Notes: a model not told the origin generated them from the letters alone. A DNA stretch of 64,000 bases from Candidatus Spongiisociaceae bacterium (GCA_965219685.1 CBDCOH010000002.1:1408001-1472000); one strand, 5' to 3'; shown: positions 8,149 through 18,260, counted from the stretch's first letter. Numbers and translations: made by a program.

Positions 8149-10848
8149 TTACGCGTCGGCGTGCCAGGGATCGGTGGCTTCGGCCGCGATCCGGTAGCGC
8201 TTGATGGCCCGGGCGACCTCCGCCGGGTCCAGCCTTCCTTCAGCTGCCAGATGCGACAGCACGGCTACCACGATGTGGGGACCGTCCACCTCGAAGAACT
8301 TTCGCAGCGAGTCGCGGGTGTCGGAACGGCCGAACCCGTCGGTGCCGAGCGAAGTGAAAGGTCGTGGGATCCAGCGGGACACCTGGTCGGGAACCGCCCG
8401 CATGTAGTCTGTGACCGCCACCACCGGGCCATGGGACCCTGCCAGGTGCCGGGTGACGGTGGGAATCCTGGGTTCCTCGGCGGGATGGAGGCGGTTCCAT
8501 CGCTCGGTGGATATCGCGTCTTCCCGGAGGTTTCCATAGGAGGTCACACTCCACAGTTCGGCCCCGACGTCATAGCGTCCGGCCAGTTCCTCCCTGGCCC
8601 AGCGGGCAGCCGAGTGGCTGGGGCCTGAGAAGAGGACGGACGCCTTGTGCGCGGTGTTCTCCGGTGACTCGGCGTAGCGGTACATCCCTTCGACGATGCC
8701 CTGGCGGACCCCGTCGGGCATCTCGGGCTGGGGGTAGTTCTCGTTGTAGATGGTGATGTAGAAGATGACGTCGTCGTGCTCTATACACATCCGGTGCAGG
8801 CCGTTCTCGATGATCACAGCGAGTTCGTAGGCGAACGCGGGGTCGTAGGAGACGACTCCCGGGTTGGTACCGGCGAGGATGTGGCTGTGCCCGTCCTGGT
8901 GCTGGAGACCCTCTCCGGCCAGGGTCGTGCGCCCGGCCGTGGCGCCCATCAGGAACCCTCGCGCCCGGGCGTCGGCTGCCTGCCAGATGAGATCTCCAAC
9001 CCTCTGGAAACCGAACATGGAGTAGAAGGCGAAGAACGGGACCATCGGCACGCCCCGGTCGGCATAGGCCGTCCCCGCCGCGATGAAGCTGCACACCGAA
9101 CCGGCTTCGGTGATCCCTTCCTCGAGGATCTGGCCGTCCTGCGCCTCCTTGTAGGAGAGGAGCATGTCGGCGTCGATCGGCTCGTACTTCTGGCCTCCCG
9201 CCGCGTATATCTTGAGCTCGCGGAAGAGGCCGTCCATCCCGAAGGTCCGCGCCTCGTCGGGAACGATCGGGACGAGACGCTCGCCGAAGTCCTCGTCCCT
9301 GGCCAGGCTCCTGAGCAGACGCACGTAGGCCATGGTCGTGGAGGCGGCGAACTCCCCCGTCCCGGCGTGAAACTCCTCGTAGACCGCCGGATCCGGCATG
9401 TGCACCGGCCGCCGTATGCGGACGGAACGGCTGGGGAGCGTCCCGTGCAGGGCCTTGCGACGGTCCATCATGTACTGGTACTCGGGTGAGTCGACCCCGA
9501 ACCTGCGGAACGGGAGTTCCCGGCCGTCCTCCAATTCCTCGGCAGCGATGTCGTCCTGCAGGCTGAGCCGAACCCGCAGCTCCCGGAACTGCTCGTTCGA
9601 CATCTTCTTGATCTGGTGGGTGGCGTTGCGGCCTTCGATATCCGGTCCGAGTGTCCAACCCTTGATGGTCTTGGCGAGGATCACCGTGGGGGCGCCCTCC
9701 TGCTCGGTGGCCGCCTTGTAGGCCGCGTACAGCTTCTTGTAGTCGTGACCCCCGCGGGGCAACTTCTCGAGATGGCGGTCGGAGAGGTGGGCGACCATCC
9801 TCCGCAACCTCGGGTCCGGTCCGAAGAACTTCTCCCTTATCTCCGAGCCGGGCGCCACCTGCAGCCGTTGGTACTCACCGTCCACCGTCTGGTTCATGCG
9901 ATGCAACAGCACTCCGTCTACATCGCGAGCGAGCAGTTCGTCCCAGCCCCAACCCCAGATCACTTTGATGACGTTCCAGCCCGCCCCTCGGAACACCGCT
10001 TCCAACTCCTGGATGATCTTGCCGTTGCCGCGGACCGGACCGTCGAGGCGCTGGAGGTTGCAGTTGACCACCCAGATCAGGTTGTCGAGCTGCTCGCGGG
10101 CGGCCAGCGAGATCGACCCGAGGGTCTCGGGTTCGTCGCACTCGCCGTCACCCACGAAACACCAGATACGCGACTCGCTGGTGTCATCGAGCCGCCGGTT
10201 GTGCAGGTAACGGTTGAACCGTGCCTGGTAGATGGAAGCGATCGGCCCGAGGCCCATCGAGACGGTGGGGTACTCCCAGAAGTCGGGCATGAGGCGGGGA
10301 TGCGGGTACGAGGAGAGGCCGCCCTCCGACAGCTCGCGGCGGAAGTGTTCGAGGTTCCCCTCGTCGAGGCGCCGCTCCAGGTAGGCCCTGGCATATATGC
10401 CGGGCGCCGCGTGGCCCTGGATGTAGACGTGGTCGCCCGGCGTCCCACCGGCCTTGCCCCGGAAGAAGTGGTTGAAGCCGACCTCGTACTGGGCCGCGGA
10501 CGAGGCGAAGGTCGAGAGGTGCCCCCCTATCCCCTCGGCCGTCTTGTTGGCCCTGACCACCATGACCGCGGCGTTCCACCTGATGAACCGCCGGATCCGC
10601 TTCTCCAGGTACTCGTCTCCCGGGAACCACGCCTGCTCCTCGGCGGGGATCGTGTTCACGTAGGGTGTGGACACGGTGGCCGGGTAGCCGACCTGCAGTT
10701 GCCGGGCGCGCTCCAGCATGGATCGCATCAGGAAGCGGGCCCGCGTCTTCCCCCGTTCGTTGACGACCGACTCGAGCGAGTCGAGCCACTCCTGGGTTTC
10801 CTCCGGATCGATGTCGGGCAGTTGGTGGAAGAAACCGTCGATCATCAA
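8149..10848 (-). CDS. aceE: Pyruvate dehydrogenase E1 component, homodimeric type
   Basis: DIDPEETQEWLDSL, GGHLSTFAS, SSYPHP, GDGECDEPE, NCNLQRLDGPVRGNGKIIQELE, GTDGFGRSDTR. Confidence 0.97.
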   Translation of the reverse strand: MMIDGFFHQLPDIDPEETQEWLDSLESVVNERGKTRARFLMRSMLERARQLQVGYPATVSTPYVNTIPAEEQAWFPGDEYLEKRIRRFIRWNAAVMVVRANKTAEGIGGHLSTFASSAAQYEVGFNHFFRGKAGGTPGDHVYIQGHAAPGIYARAYLERRLDEGNLEHFRRELSEGGLSSYPHPRLMPDFWEYPTVSMGLGPIASIYQARFNRYLHNRRLDDTSESRIWCFVGDGECDEPETLGSISLAAREQLDNLIWVVNCNLQRLDGPVRGNGKIIQELEAVFRGAGWNVIKVIWGWGWDELLARDVDGVLLHRMNQTVDGEYQRLQVAPGSEIREKFFGPDPRLRRMVAHLSDRHLEKLPRGGHDYKKLYAAYKAATEQEGAPTVILAKTIKGWTLGPDIEGRNATHQIKKMSNEQFRELRVRLSLQDDIAAEELEDGRELPFRRFGVDSPEYQYMMDRRKALHGTLPSRSVRIRRPVHMPDPAVYEEFHAGTGEFAASTTMAYVRLLRSLARDEDFGERLVPIVPDEARTFGMDGLFRELKIYAAGGQKYEPIDADMLLSYKEAQDGQILEEGITEAGSVCSFIAAGTAYADRGVPMVPFFAFYSMFGFQRVGDLIWQAADARARGFLMGATAGRTTLAGEGLQHQDGHSHILAGTNPGVVSYDPAFAYELAVIIENGLHRMCIEHDDVIFYITIYNENYPQPEMPDGVRQGIVEGMYRYAESPENTAHKASVLFSGPSHSAARWAREELAGRYDVGAELWSVTSYGNLREDAISTERWNRLHPAEEPRIPTVTRHLAGSHGPVVAVTDYMRAVPDQVSRWIPRPFTSLGTDGFGRSDTRDSLRKFFEVDGPHIVVAVLSHLAAEGRLDPAEVARAIKRYRIAAEATDPWHADA

Positions 10849-11057
10849 GGTGGGAACACTCCTTGGACTGTCATCAGCACTAACTCTATCCTCTCTTGAA
10901 GTGAAGAGGGACCGTGCTCAGTTACAGATGTCCTCCATCGGCGTAGCGAATTCGAACAGGGCAGAACCCCAGGGCTCCCCGACCGGTTACACCCTCAGAT
11001 CACGGGCGGGAAAACAGGCTGGTGAGTAGGTTCGGGTGGGTGCTGGTGGAGCCTTGG

Positions 11058-11339
11058 TCAGACTCCGGCTGCGCCGATGGCAAACAACCCGGCCAAGGCC
11101 ACGATGAACAGAACTACCCCGGCGAGGGACACCACCAGTCCGGCAACTGCGAGCCCATGGCGAGGCCGTTCTGGCGACTTGCGGGCCTTTGCAAGGCCGA
11201 CGGCGGAGAAAACCAGTCCCAAGAGCCAGACGATTTGCGCCACGACTGGCAGCCAGAAGAGGACAACGGCGCAAAGGGCAAGAACGAAGCCAGCAACGGC
11301 GATCCCATTTGTGCTATTGGGGCCGCTAGGTTCGGTCAT
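11058..11339 (-). CDS. DUF4190-like small membrane protein
   Basis: TNGIAVAGFVLAL...GLAVAGLVVS with hydrophobic helices; RBS AAGGAGG upstream of MTEPS. Confidence 0.7.
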   Translation of the reverse strand: MTEPSGPNSTNGIAVAGFVLALCAVVLFWLPVVAQIVWLLGLVFSAVGLAKARKSPERPRHGLAVAGLVVSLAGVVLFIVALAGLFAIGAAGV

Positions 11340-11548
11340 GGTCGAACGCCTCCTTAGGTTGGGACCTCGCATCATATCAGCGCCACCGGACCACTGACCT
11401 GGCGAAAGGCCACGCGAACCGAGCGCCGAGCCGAAAGGCAATCCAGACGCCTCAACGGTGACGATCCAACCTCGTTCACGACAAGAACCCGTGTACCCGC
11501 GGGTTCTTACACCCATGTAATTACGAGGGAGCCTCAGACCACCCCAGC

Positions 11549-12820
11549 ATGGATGAACCGAGATGTCCTATCAATTCGCGGATCAGCCCGACATCGCGAG
11601 CGGCGTCGATCGGTGTGACACCTGCGCCCAGCTGCAACTACCGTGTCCCGGTGACCATCTGGTGCTTGGATCCGTCCGTCAGCCATCTCAACCACGGCTC
11701 GTTCGGCGCCACCCCCGCCCCGGTGCTGGATGTGCAGCGCCGGTGGCGGGACCTGATGGAGTCCAACCCGACCCGGTTCATGCTGGACCAGTACCAACCG
11801 GCCCTCGACCGCGCTCGACAGAGACTGGCCCGGTTCGTCGGATGCGATCAGGGGAACCTCGGGTTCGTCAACAACGCCACCGCAGGCGTCAACGCGGTGC
11901 TGCGCTCGCTGGAGGCGACCTTGCGGCCGGGCGACGAGATAGTGGTCACCGACCACGGTTACAACGCGTGCCGCAACGCGGCGCTGGTAACCGCGGCCCG
12001 GACCGGAGCCAGGGTGGTAACCGCCTCGTTCCCCTTCCCCATCGAAGGTTCGTGGCAGGCGATGGAGGGCGTCATGGCAGCGGTCAGCGCCCGGACCAGG
12101 CTGGTACTCATCGACTCGGTGACCTCCCCCACGGCCCTGGTGCTTCCGGTAGCCGACCTGGTGGGAGCTCTGGAGCCCGATGTCCGGGTTCTTGTCGATG
12201 CGGCCCACGCTCCCGGAATGGTCGACTTCGATCTCGACTCGTTGGGCGCCTCCTACGTGACCGCCAACTGTCACAAGTGGATGTGCGCCCCCAAGGGCTC
12301 CGCCTTCCTTTACGTCCGGGAGGACCGGCGCCGTGACATCTACCCGGCCGTCATCAGCCATGGATACAACGGAGCATGGCCTGCCGAGGGCGGACATCTC
12401 CACACCCAGTTCGACTGGACGGGAACTGACGACCCGACGGCCTGGCTGGCGGTGCCCGATGCCCTGGACACGGTCGGCGGGCTCCACCCGGACGGCTGGG
12501 CCGGGATCCGGCACAGCAACCGCCAACTCTGCCTGGCCGGCCGTGACATCCTCATCGAGTCGCTCGGGATCGACAGGCCGGCGCCGGACGACATGATCGG
12601 TGCCATCGCATCTGTACCCCTCCCGGACTCGCGGGGGCGCGCCCGAAACATCTTCGATCCTCTGATGGAGGCGCTGCGTTCCAGGTGGTCCATTGAAGCG
12701 ATGGTGTTCACATGGCCGGAACCCCCGCATAGGTTGCTGCGGATCTCGGCGCAGCAGTACAACCGGATCGACGAATTCCACCGCCTGGCCCGAGCCGTGA
12801 AGTCCGAGCTAGACGATTAG
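11549..12820 (+). CDS. Class V PLP enzyme (isopenicillin N epimerase / C-S lyase-like)
   Basis: LNHGSFGATP, VNNATAGVN, VDAAHAPG, ANCHKWMCAPKG, FDWTGTDD, LRISAQQYN. True start is probably ~11651. Confidence 0.85.
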   Translation: MDEPRCPINSRISPTSRAASIGVTPAPSCNYRVPVTIWCLDPSVSHLNHGSFGATPAPVLDVQRRWRDLMESNPTRFMLDQYQPALDRARQRLARFVGCDQGNLGFVNNATAGVNAVLRSLEATLRPGDEIVVTDHGYNACRNAALVTAARTGARVVTASFPFPIEGSWQAMEGVMAAVSARTRLVLIDSVTSPTALVLPVADLVGALEPDVRVLVDAAHAPGMVDFDLDSLGASYVTANCHKWMCAPKGSAFLYVREDRRRDIYPAVISHGYNGAWPAEGGHLHTQFDWTGTDDPTAWLAVPDALDTVGGLHPDGWAGIRHSNRQLCLAGRDILIESLGIDRPAPDDMIGAIASVPLPDSRGRARNIFDPLMEALRSRWSIEAMVFTWPEPPHRLLRISAQQYNRIDEFHRLARAVKSELDD

Positions 12821-12900
12821 CTCCAAGCCATCAGACCGCAAGCGATCAGGGTATTGCTCGGGCAGCGCCATCCGGACCGGAAAGTACCCGATCCAACGCT

Positions 12901-12952
12901 AACCACCGAGTACAAACCAAACACCCCCAAACACCGAACACCTGATACCTAG
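12901..12952 (-). repeat. Degenerate heptamer run directly after a CTAG stop
   Basis: Minus strand reads ctag-gtatcag-gtgttcg-gtgtttg... after the EamA TAG. Confidence 0.5.
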
Positions 12953-13863
12953 AAGGGTGACCGGCGCGCCCGGGCAGCCGTCCGCCGGGGGAGGTCGTCC
13001 GATGCGACTCCCTTCCGCATGACGAGGGTCACCGCGGCGAGAATGACCACGCCGCCGGCGAGCACCCACGGGGCCGGTCTCTCGCCTAGAACGATCCAAC
13101 CGGATACCGTCGCGAGCGGCGGGGTGGCGTAGATTGCCGAAGCGACGACCGATGCGGGCGCATCCATCAGCGCCATCGCCCAGAAGACGAAACCGAGGGC
13201 GGAGGCGCCGATTCCGAGGTACAGGAAGGCGAAAACCGCGTCCGGGGGCGCGCTGAGCACCTGCGGTAGCACCCGCGGGGTCAAGGGCAGAGCCGTGACT
13301 GTGGCCGACCACAAGGCCCACGTGACCACCTGCGCGGGTCGGTACCTCGACATCAATCGCTTCGTCATCACTATGTAGCCGGCATGTGCGATGGCTGCGA
13401 CGACCACCAGGACCGCCGGCACATCCAGCCGGATCCGGTCTCCCTGGCCGAGCACCACCAGCACCAACCCCGGGAATGCCGCCAGCAATCCGGCCCAACC
13501 CCAGCCGGTGAGACGTTCCCCGGCCATGCCTAAAGACATCACCGCCACCATGATGGGGCACAGCCCGAGAAGGATCGCCGCGGTTGCCGACTCCACTACC
13601 TCCAGGGCGGTGTTGAGGACCAACCAGTAGACGGTCATCCCCAGAACCCCCGATGCGGACACCCGCCAGCGGTCGCCCCGGGCGGGGAACCCGACCCGCA
13701 CGAACACCGCCATGAGGGAGAGGGCCGCCGAGGCCGTGATGATCCGTAGGGTCGTGACGGCCAGTGGGTCGAAGTGGCGGAGTGCCACCCGCGCCACGGT
13801 GTAGGAGGACGACCAGAGCAGGATCGCTGAGAACGCGGCAACGAGGGCCGCGCGAGAACCCAT
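12949..13863 (-). CDS. EamA/DMT family transporter
   Basis: About 10 TM helices in two EamA repeats (LLWSSSY, GERLT, LGERP). Confidence 0.9.
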   Translation of the reverse strand: MGSRAALVAAFSAILLWSSSYTVARVALRHFDPLAVTTLRIITASAALSLMAVFVRVGFPARGDRWRVSASGVLGMTVYWLVLNTALEVVESATAAILLGLCPIMVAVMSLGMAGERLTGWGWAGLLAAFPGLVLVVLGQGDRIRLDVPAVLVVVAAIAHAGYIVMTKRLMSRYRPAQVVTWALWSATVTALPLTPRVLPQVLSAPPDAVFAFLYLGIGASALGFVFWAMALMDAPASVVASAIYATPPLATVSGWIVLGERPAPWVLAGGVVILAAVTLVMRKGVASDDLPRRTAARARRSPF

Positions 13864-13932
13864 GACCGGATACCATACCCCGCCCGGAAACGGTCGATCA
13901 CCCGACCGGTGGCGGACCGTCCGGCGTGATGG

Positions 13933-14778
13933 TCAGCGGATCCCGGTGAAGAGGTCCTCCTCCCGGAAGGGAACGTGAACCCTCGAGTACAGGCGCTGGA
14001 ACGCCTCGGTCCCGACCGCCGCGGGGAGGTCCGCCTCCGGCACCTGAAGCATGAACCAGTCCTCGGGGATCTGGGAACGGTGTGCTCGCAGGGCCTCGAT
14101 CTTGAGATCCACCCATTGGGTCACGTCCACCATCGCGGAGATGTCCCCGTCGGGAGTACCCCACCCTTCGGACTCCGCCGCTTCCTCCTCGGTGATCAGA
14201 CCAGCCGCTAACCGGGCCGCGGTCATGGCCGCCACCCTGGAGCGCGGCCAGGTGCTCATGTAGAGCTTGGTAACCCTCCAGGGTTCCTCACCCTCCTCCA
14301 GCGGGAACCTCCGCACGTCGTCGCTGCCGAAGAAGGCGGACATGCCGATCCTGTGAACCTGGATGTGGTCGGGGTGGCCGTACCCCCCGAAGGGGTCGTA
14401 GATGGTTAGAACCTCGGGTGTGTACCGCCTGATGAGCTTCACGAGCCGGCCGGTCGCATCCATGAAATCGGCCTGCCAGAAGGAGTCGGGATGCTGGTTG
14501 GGCTCGGTCCCCATCATTCCCGAGTCGCGAAACCCGAGGAAGTGGTGGTTGGGTACGCCAAGGACGGCCAGGGCCTTGGCGATTTCCTCCGCCCTCAGTT
14601 CCACCAGGCGGGGTCGGAGTTCATCGGGGTTGTCGTAGTTGTGGATCTCCCCCTCTGCCCCATCAGTGGCGGTGACCACCACCACCTGCTCGCCCGACTG
14701 CAGATACTTGGCCAGCACGCCTCCGGTGGAGGTGACCTCGTCGTCGGGATGGGCGTGGAAGCAAAGAAGTCCGGGCAT
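13933..14778 (-). CDS. PIG-L family deacetylase/amidase (MshB/Mca-like)
   Basis: HAHPDDE, TDGAEGEI, LGFRDSGMMG, YDPFGGYGHPDHIQVH, AHRSQI, EDLFTGI. Confidence 0.88.
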   Translation of the reverse strand: MPGLLCFHAHPDDEVTSTGGVLAKYLQSGEQVVVVTATDGAEGEIHNYDNPDELRPRLVELRAEEIAKALAVLGVPNHHFLGFRDSGMMGTEPNQHPDSFWQADFMDATGRLVKLIRRYTPEVLTIYDPFGGYGHPDHIQVHRIGMSAFFGSDDVRRFPLEEGEEPWRVTKLYMSTWPRSRVAAMTAARLAAGLITEEEAAESEGWGTPDGDISAMVDVTQWVDLKIEALRAHRSQIPEDWFMLQVPEADLPAAVGTEAFQRLYSRVHVPFREEDLFTGIR

Positions 14779-14898
14779 GGGATCTCCGGTGTGGGGTATC
14801 GGACGTTTCGAAGGGTCAGGATAGATGGAACGGAGCCCTTCGCAGCCGCGCTTGCACACGATTCCGAAACCATCACGTCGGGGATCCCGGTGCGGGGT

Positions 14899-15906
14899 TC
14901 AGCCGCCGATGTAGCTCATCTCGACCTTCGGAAGGTCGACCGTCGCCTCCGAACGGATCTCCGAGTACCGGTCCGCACGGACCTCCCACACTCTGCGGAC
15001 CATCCCGAGAATCTCCTCCTCGCCCCCACCACGTCGCAGAACGGACCGCAGGTCGGTCCCGCTGGTGGCGAACAGGCACGTGTACAGCATCCCTTCGGCG
15101 GATATGCGGGCCCGGGTGCAAGTCCGGCAGAACGGCTGGGTCACCGACGCGATGAACCCGATCTCACCCTGTCCATCCAGATACTCCCAGCGCCGGGCCA
15201 CTTCGCCCCGGTAGTTGGGCGCCGCCGGCCGGATCGGGAACTCCGCATTGATCCGCCCGATGAGTTCCGCCGCCGGTACCACGTCGTCGAGGCACCACCC
15301 GTTGGTGGCCCCTACATCCATGTACTCGATGAACCGCAGGATGTGGCCGGTCCCACGGAAGAAGCGGGCCATGTCGACCACGCCATGGTCGTTCACCCCC
15401 CGCTTGACCACTGCGTTCACCTTCACCGGCAGACCGGCCACCGACGCCGCCTCGATGCCGTCGAGGACCGCCCCGACCGGGAAACCGACATCGTTCATCG
15501 CCTGGAACACGGCGTCGTCCAGCGAGTCGAGAGACACGGTGATCCTGGCGAGGCCGGCCGACGCCAGCGCGGGCGCCTTCCGGACCAGCAGGGACGCGTT
15601 GGTGGTGAGGGTCACCTCGCAGCCGGTTGCCTCCACCAACATCCCCACCAGGTCCTCGATGCCCTTTCGGAGCAGCGGCTCCCCCCCGGTGAGGCGGATC
15701 TTGCGGACCCCGAGCCGCTCGAAGGCCCGGGCCAGGGTGGTCAGTTCCTCGAAGTTGAGTAGGAGATCGCGCCTGAGAAACACGTAGTCGCGGTTGAAGA
15801 TCTCCGCTGGCATGCAGTACCGGCACCGGAAGTTGCACCGGTCGGTCACCGACAGACGTAGGTCTCGGAGGGGCCGCTGCTGGGTGTCGACGGCTACAGG
15901 TTCCAT
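14899..15906 (-). CDS. moaA: GTP 3',8-cyclase (radical SAM)
   Basis: LRLSVTDRCNFRCRYCMP, TGGEPLLR, FCRTCTRARIS, C-terminal MSYIGG. Confidence 0.96.
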   Translation of the reverse strand: MEPVAVDTQQRPLRDLRLSVTDRCNFRCRYCMPAEIFNRDYVFLRRDLLLNFEELTTLARAFERLGVRKIRLTGGEPLLRKGIEDLVGMLVEATGCEVTLTTNASLLVRKAPALASAGLARITVSLDSLDDAVFQAMNDVGFPVGAVLDGIEAASVAGLPVKVNAVVKRGVNDHGVVDMARFFRGTGHILRFIEYMDVGATNGWCLDDVVPAAELIGRINAEFPIRPAAPNYRGEVARRWEYLDGQGEIGFIASVTQPFCRTCTRARISAEGMLYTCLFATSGTDLRSVLRRGGGEEEILGMVRRVWEVRADRYSEIRSEATVDLPKVEMSYIGG

Positions 15907-16053
15907 CTGCAACAGGTTACCGGCTCGGCCCGCCGGAGTGCTACCGGAGCTTAACAATTACCACTCTGCTCACCTACCTCTTGATGAACACATACTCCCT
16001 ATGTATGTTTCTAACACTGGCAGGGGTTAAAGGTGTTCGGCAAGGGAACAGCA

Positions 16054-16494
16054 ATGATTGGCGTACGGGAACCTCCGAGAAGCGGTAGGAACGCGGCAGC
16101 TGGTACGTCCCACCGTTTGCGCGCCCGAGGCCAGGCGGGAGGCGCGGCGGTTGAGGTGCTGATGGCCATGGGAGTGGCCCTGTTGCTCACGCTCCTGCTC
16201 GTGAATGTCCTGCTGATGCTCTACGGCCGCTCGGTCCTGCAGCACGCTGCCGACATCGGCGCCCGCAACGGTGCACGGTCAGGTGGTACCGAGACCAGCT
16301 GCGAGACCGCGACCGCGGAAGCCATCGAGAGACTGGCCGCTCTATACGCCGGCAGTGCCGGAGTCGAGTGTTCTCGCGAGACGCTGGCCACATCAGCCAC
16401 CGTCACCGCCCGCCTCGAGCCGGTCTTCACGGGCCTGGGGTCGGGGTGGGATGTGACGGTGAGGGCCACCAGCGCCACGGAGGTCGTGCCTTGA
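16054..16494 (+). CDS. TadE-like pseudopilin
   Basis: GQAGGAAVE followed by a hydrophobic helix; AADIGARNGA. Confidence 0.75.
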   Translation: MIGVREPPRSGRNAAAGTSHRLRARGQAGGAAVEVLMAMGVALLLTLLLVNVLLMLYGRSVLQHAADIGARNGARSGGTETSCETATAEAIERLAALYAGSAGVECSRETLATSATVTARLEPVFTGLGSGWDVTVRATSATEVVP

Positions 16495-16931
16495 ACATCC
16501 TTACAGGGATACCGCCGCTTCGGACCGAGCGGGGGTCCGGCGCCGTCGAGCTGGTACTCACCGCGGCCTTCATCCTGATGCCGGTCGCCATGCTGCTGCT
16601 GAGCTTCCCGTTGATGGTTGCGTACCACTCGATGGGAGACGCGGCGGCCCGCGAGGCCGCGCGGGCCTGTGCAACTGCCTTCGACTCGACCTCCGGACAG
16701 GAACGCGCCGAGAGGATCGCCCACCGGATCCTGGGCGAACGTGGACTGGCCCCGGCCGCTACCCGTGTCACCGTCGACTGCGTCTCGTCCTGGCAACCGG
16801 ACGGAGAAGTAACCGCCACTGTCTCGTTCCGGGCCCCGATGATCGAGGTCGTGGGAATAGGCAGCCTCGGTTCGGTCACCGTCGAACGTTCGTACCGGGA
16901 GCGGATCGAGCCATACCGGAGTTGGCCATGA
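16491..16931 (+). CDS. TadE/TadF-like pseudopilin
   Basis: ERGSGAVELVL plus TM helix, AAAREAARA, C-terminal IEPYRS; TTG start overlaps the previous stop. Confidence 0.78.
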   Translation: MNILTGIPPLRTERGSGAVELVLTAAFILMPVAMLLLSFPLMVAYHSMGDAAAREAARACATAFDSTSGQERAERIAHRILGERGLAPAATRVTVDCVSSWQPDGEVTATVSFRAPMIEVVGIGSLGSVTVERSYRERIEPYRSWP

Positions 16932-17374
16932 GGCGAGCATCCGGTGAGTGGGGACGACCTCAGGCGGGCGAGGGCGGCGCCGTGATCATCTGGAGCCTCG
17001 GGCTGCTACTTCTCCTCTTCTTCGCCGGCGCCGTCGCCCTGGACCTCTGGCGGGTCGTCTCCAGTCATGGCACCCTGACCGGCATCGCCGACAAGGCAGC
17101 AATCGCGGGGGCGGCCGAGATAGATGCGCGCTCGCTCAGCAGCAACCAGCTCAGGCTGGTCCCCACCCGGGCGGTCACATCGGCGGAGGAATTCGCCCGG
17201 ACGCAACCCGAGTGGGACGGCGCCGCCATGACGGTCAGGGCCACCGCCGACTCGTCTCGCATCTCGGTGGTGGTGACGGGCCAGGTGCAGGTAAGCCTGC
17301 TGCGGATGTTCGCATCGGCCCAGGCGATAGAGCTCACTGTTGACAGCCGGGCATCGCCGGTCCTGTTCGAGTAG
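16928..17374 (+). CDS. TadG-like pilus assembly protein
   Basis: GEGGAVIIW plus TM helix, ALDLWR, ADKAAIAGA; ATGA coupling. Confidence 0.75.
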   Translation: MRRASGEWGRPQAGEGGAVIIWSLGLLLLLFFAGAVALDLWRVVSSHGTLTGIADKAAIAGAAEIDARSLSSNQLRLVPTRAVTSAEEFARTQPEWDGAAMTVRATADSSRISVVVTGQVQVSLLRMFASAQAIELTVDSRASPVLFE

Positions 17375-17430
17375 ATGGTGTGTTCTCCGTCGATTAGTCG
17401 ATAGCGGGCAGTCATCGACCCGGTCGACCG

Positions 17431-18012
17431 ATGCGACGAGTAATCGTGCTGGCAGCGCGCATCAGCGAACATGGTGTTGTGCGTGTCGTGAGCTCGAGAA
17501 GCACCGCGGAGTTGACCCCGTCGGAGTCCACCCGGATCAGGACCCTCCTCGACGAGGCATTCGAGGGCAGATTCACGGATGCGCTCTGGGGCCAGGCACT
17601 CGGAGGAGTGCATTTCTTCGTCGAGGAAGACGGCGTCCCGATCTCCCATGCTTCGGTCGTTCCTCGCCTCCTTTCCGTTCGAGACCGTGAGATCAACACC
17701 GGGTACGTCGAAGCGGTCGGCACGCGGCATCGCGATCGGGGCAAGGGCCTGGCCCGGAGCGTTCTTGCCGCTGCCCGGCGTCACATAGCGGACACGTACG
17801 AGCTCGGAGCCCTACATTCTGTGCTGCCCACCTTCTACGAGCACCTGGGGTGGGAGCGCTGGCGCGGCCCCACCTTCGTGCGGACGGATTCGGGTCTGGT
17901 GCGGACTCGAACGGACGACGGGTGCATCCACATCTGGCGTGTCGCGGCCTCAGCTGCTCTCGACCTCGATGATCCGATCAGCTGCGAGTGGCGTCCCGGA
18001 TTCGTCTGGTAG
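17431..18012 (+). CDS. GNAT acetyltransferase, aminoglycoside 2'-N-acetyltransferase AAC(2')-I-like
   Basis: ALGGVH, HASVVPR, GYVEAV, YELGAL, GWERWRGPT, C-terminal CEWRPGFVW all parallel mycobacterial AAC(2'). Start may be ~17479. Confidence 0.8.
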   Translation: MRRVIVLAARISEHGVVRVVSSRSTAELTPSESTRIRTLLDEAFEGRFTDALWGQALGGVHFFVEEDGVPISHASVVPRLLSVRDREINTGYVEAVGTRHRDRGKGLARSVLAAARRHIADTYELGALHSVLPTFYEHLGWERWRGPTFVRTDSGLVRTRTDDGCIHIWRVAASAALDLDDPISCEWRPGFVW

Positions 18013-18260
18013 CGGAGCCCGGGTATCGCCGGGTCCCGCTCACGCGATGGCCATCTCCAATGAGGGGAAGCCCCCAAGGACGAAATCGTGCGGCCCCTTC
18101 GGTTCGGCGGTGAGCTCGACGTTGGGACAGCGGCTGGTCAGCCGGGCCAACGAAACCTACAGATCGAGCCGTCCAGCGGGGCGCCCAAACACGTGTGGAT
18201 GCCGCCTCCGAAGCTGAGGTGGCCGCAGGGATCCGGAGCCGTAGTGACCCGGGGTCGTCG

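Noticed and set aside
18050-18165. Hammerhead-like motifs (atgag...cgaaa)
   Set aside because: The CUGAUGA core and required stems are absent.
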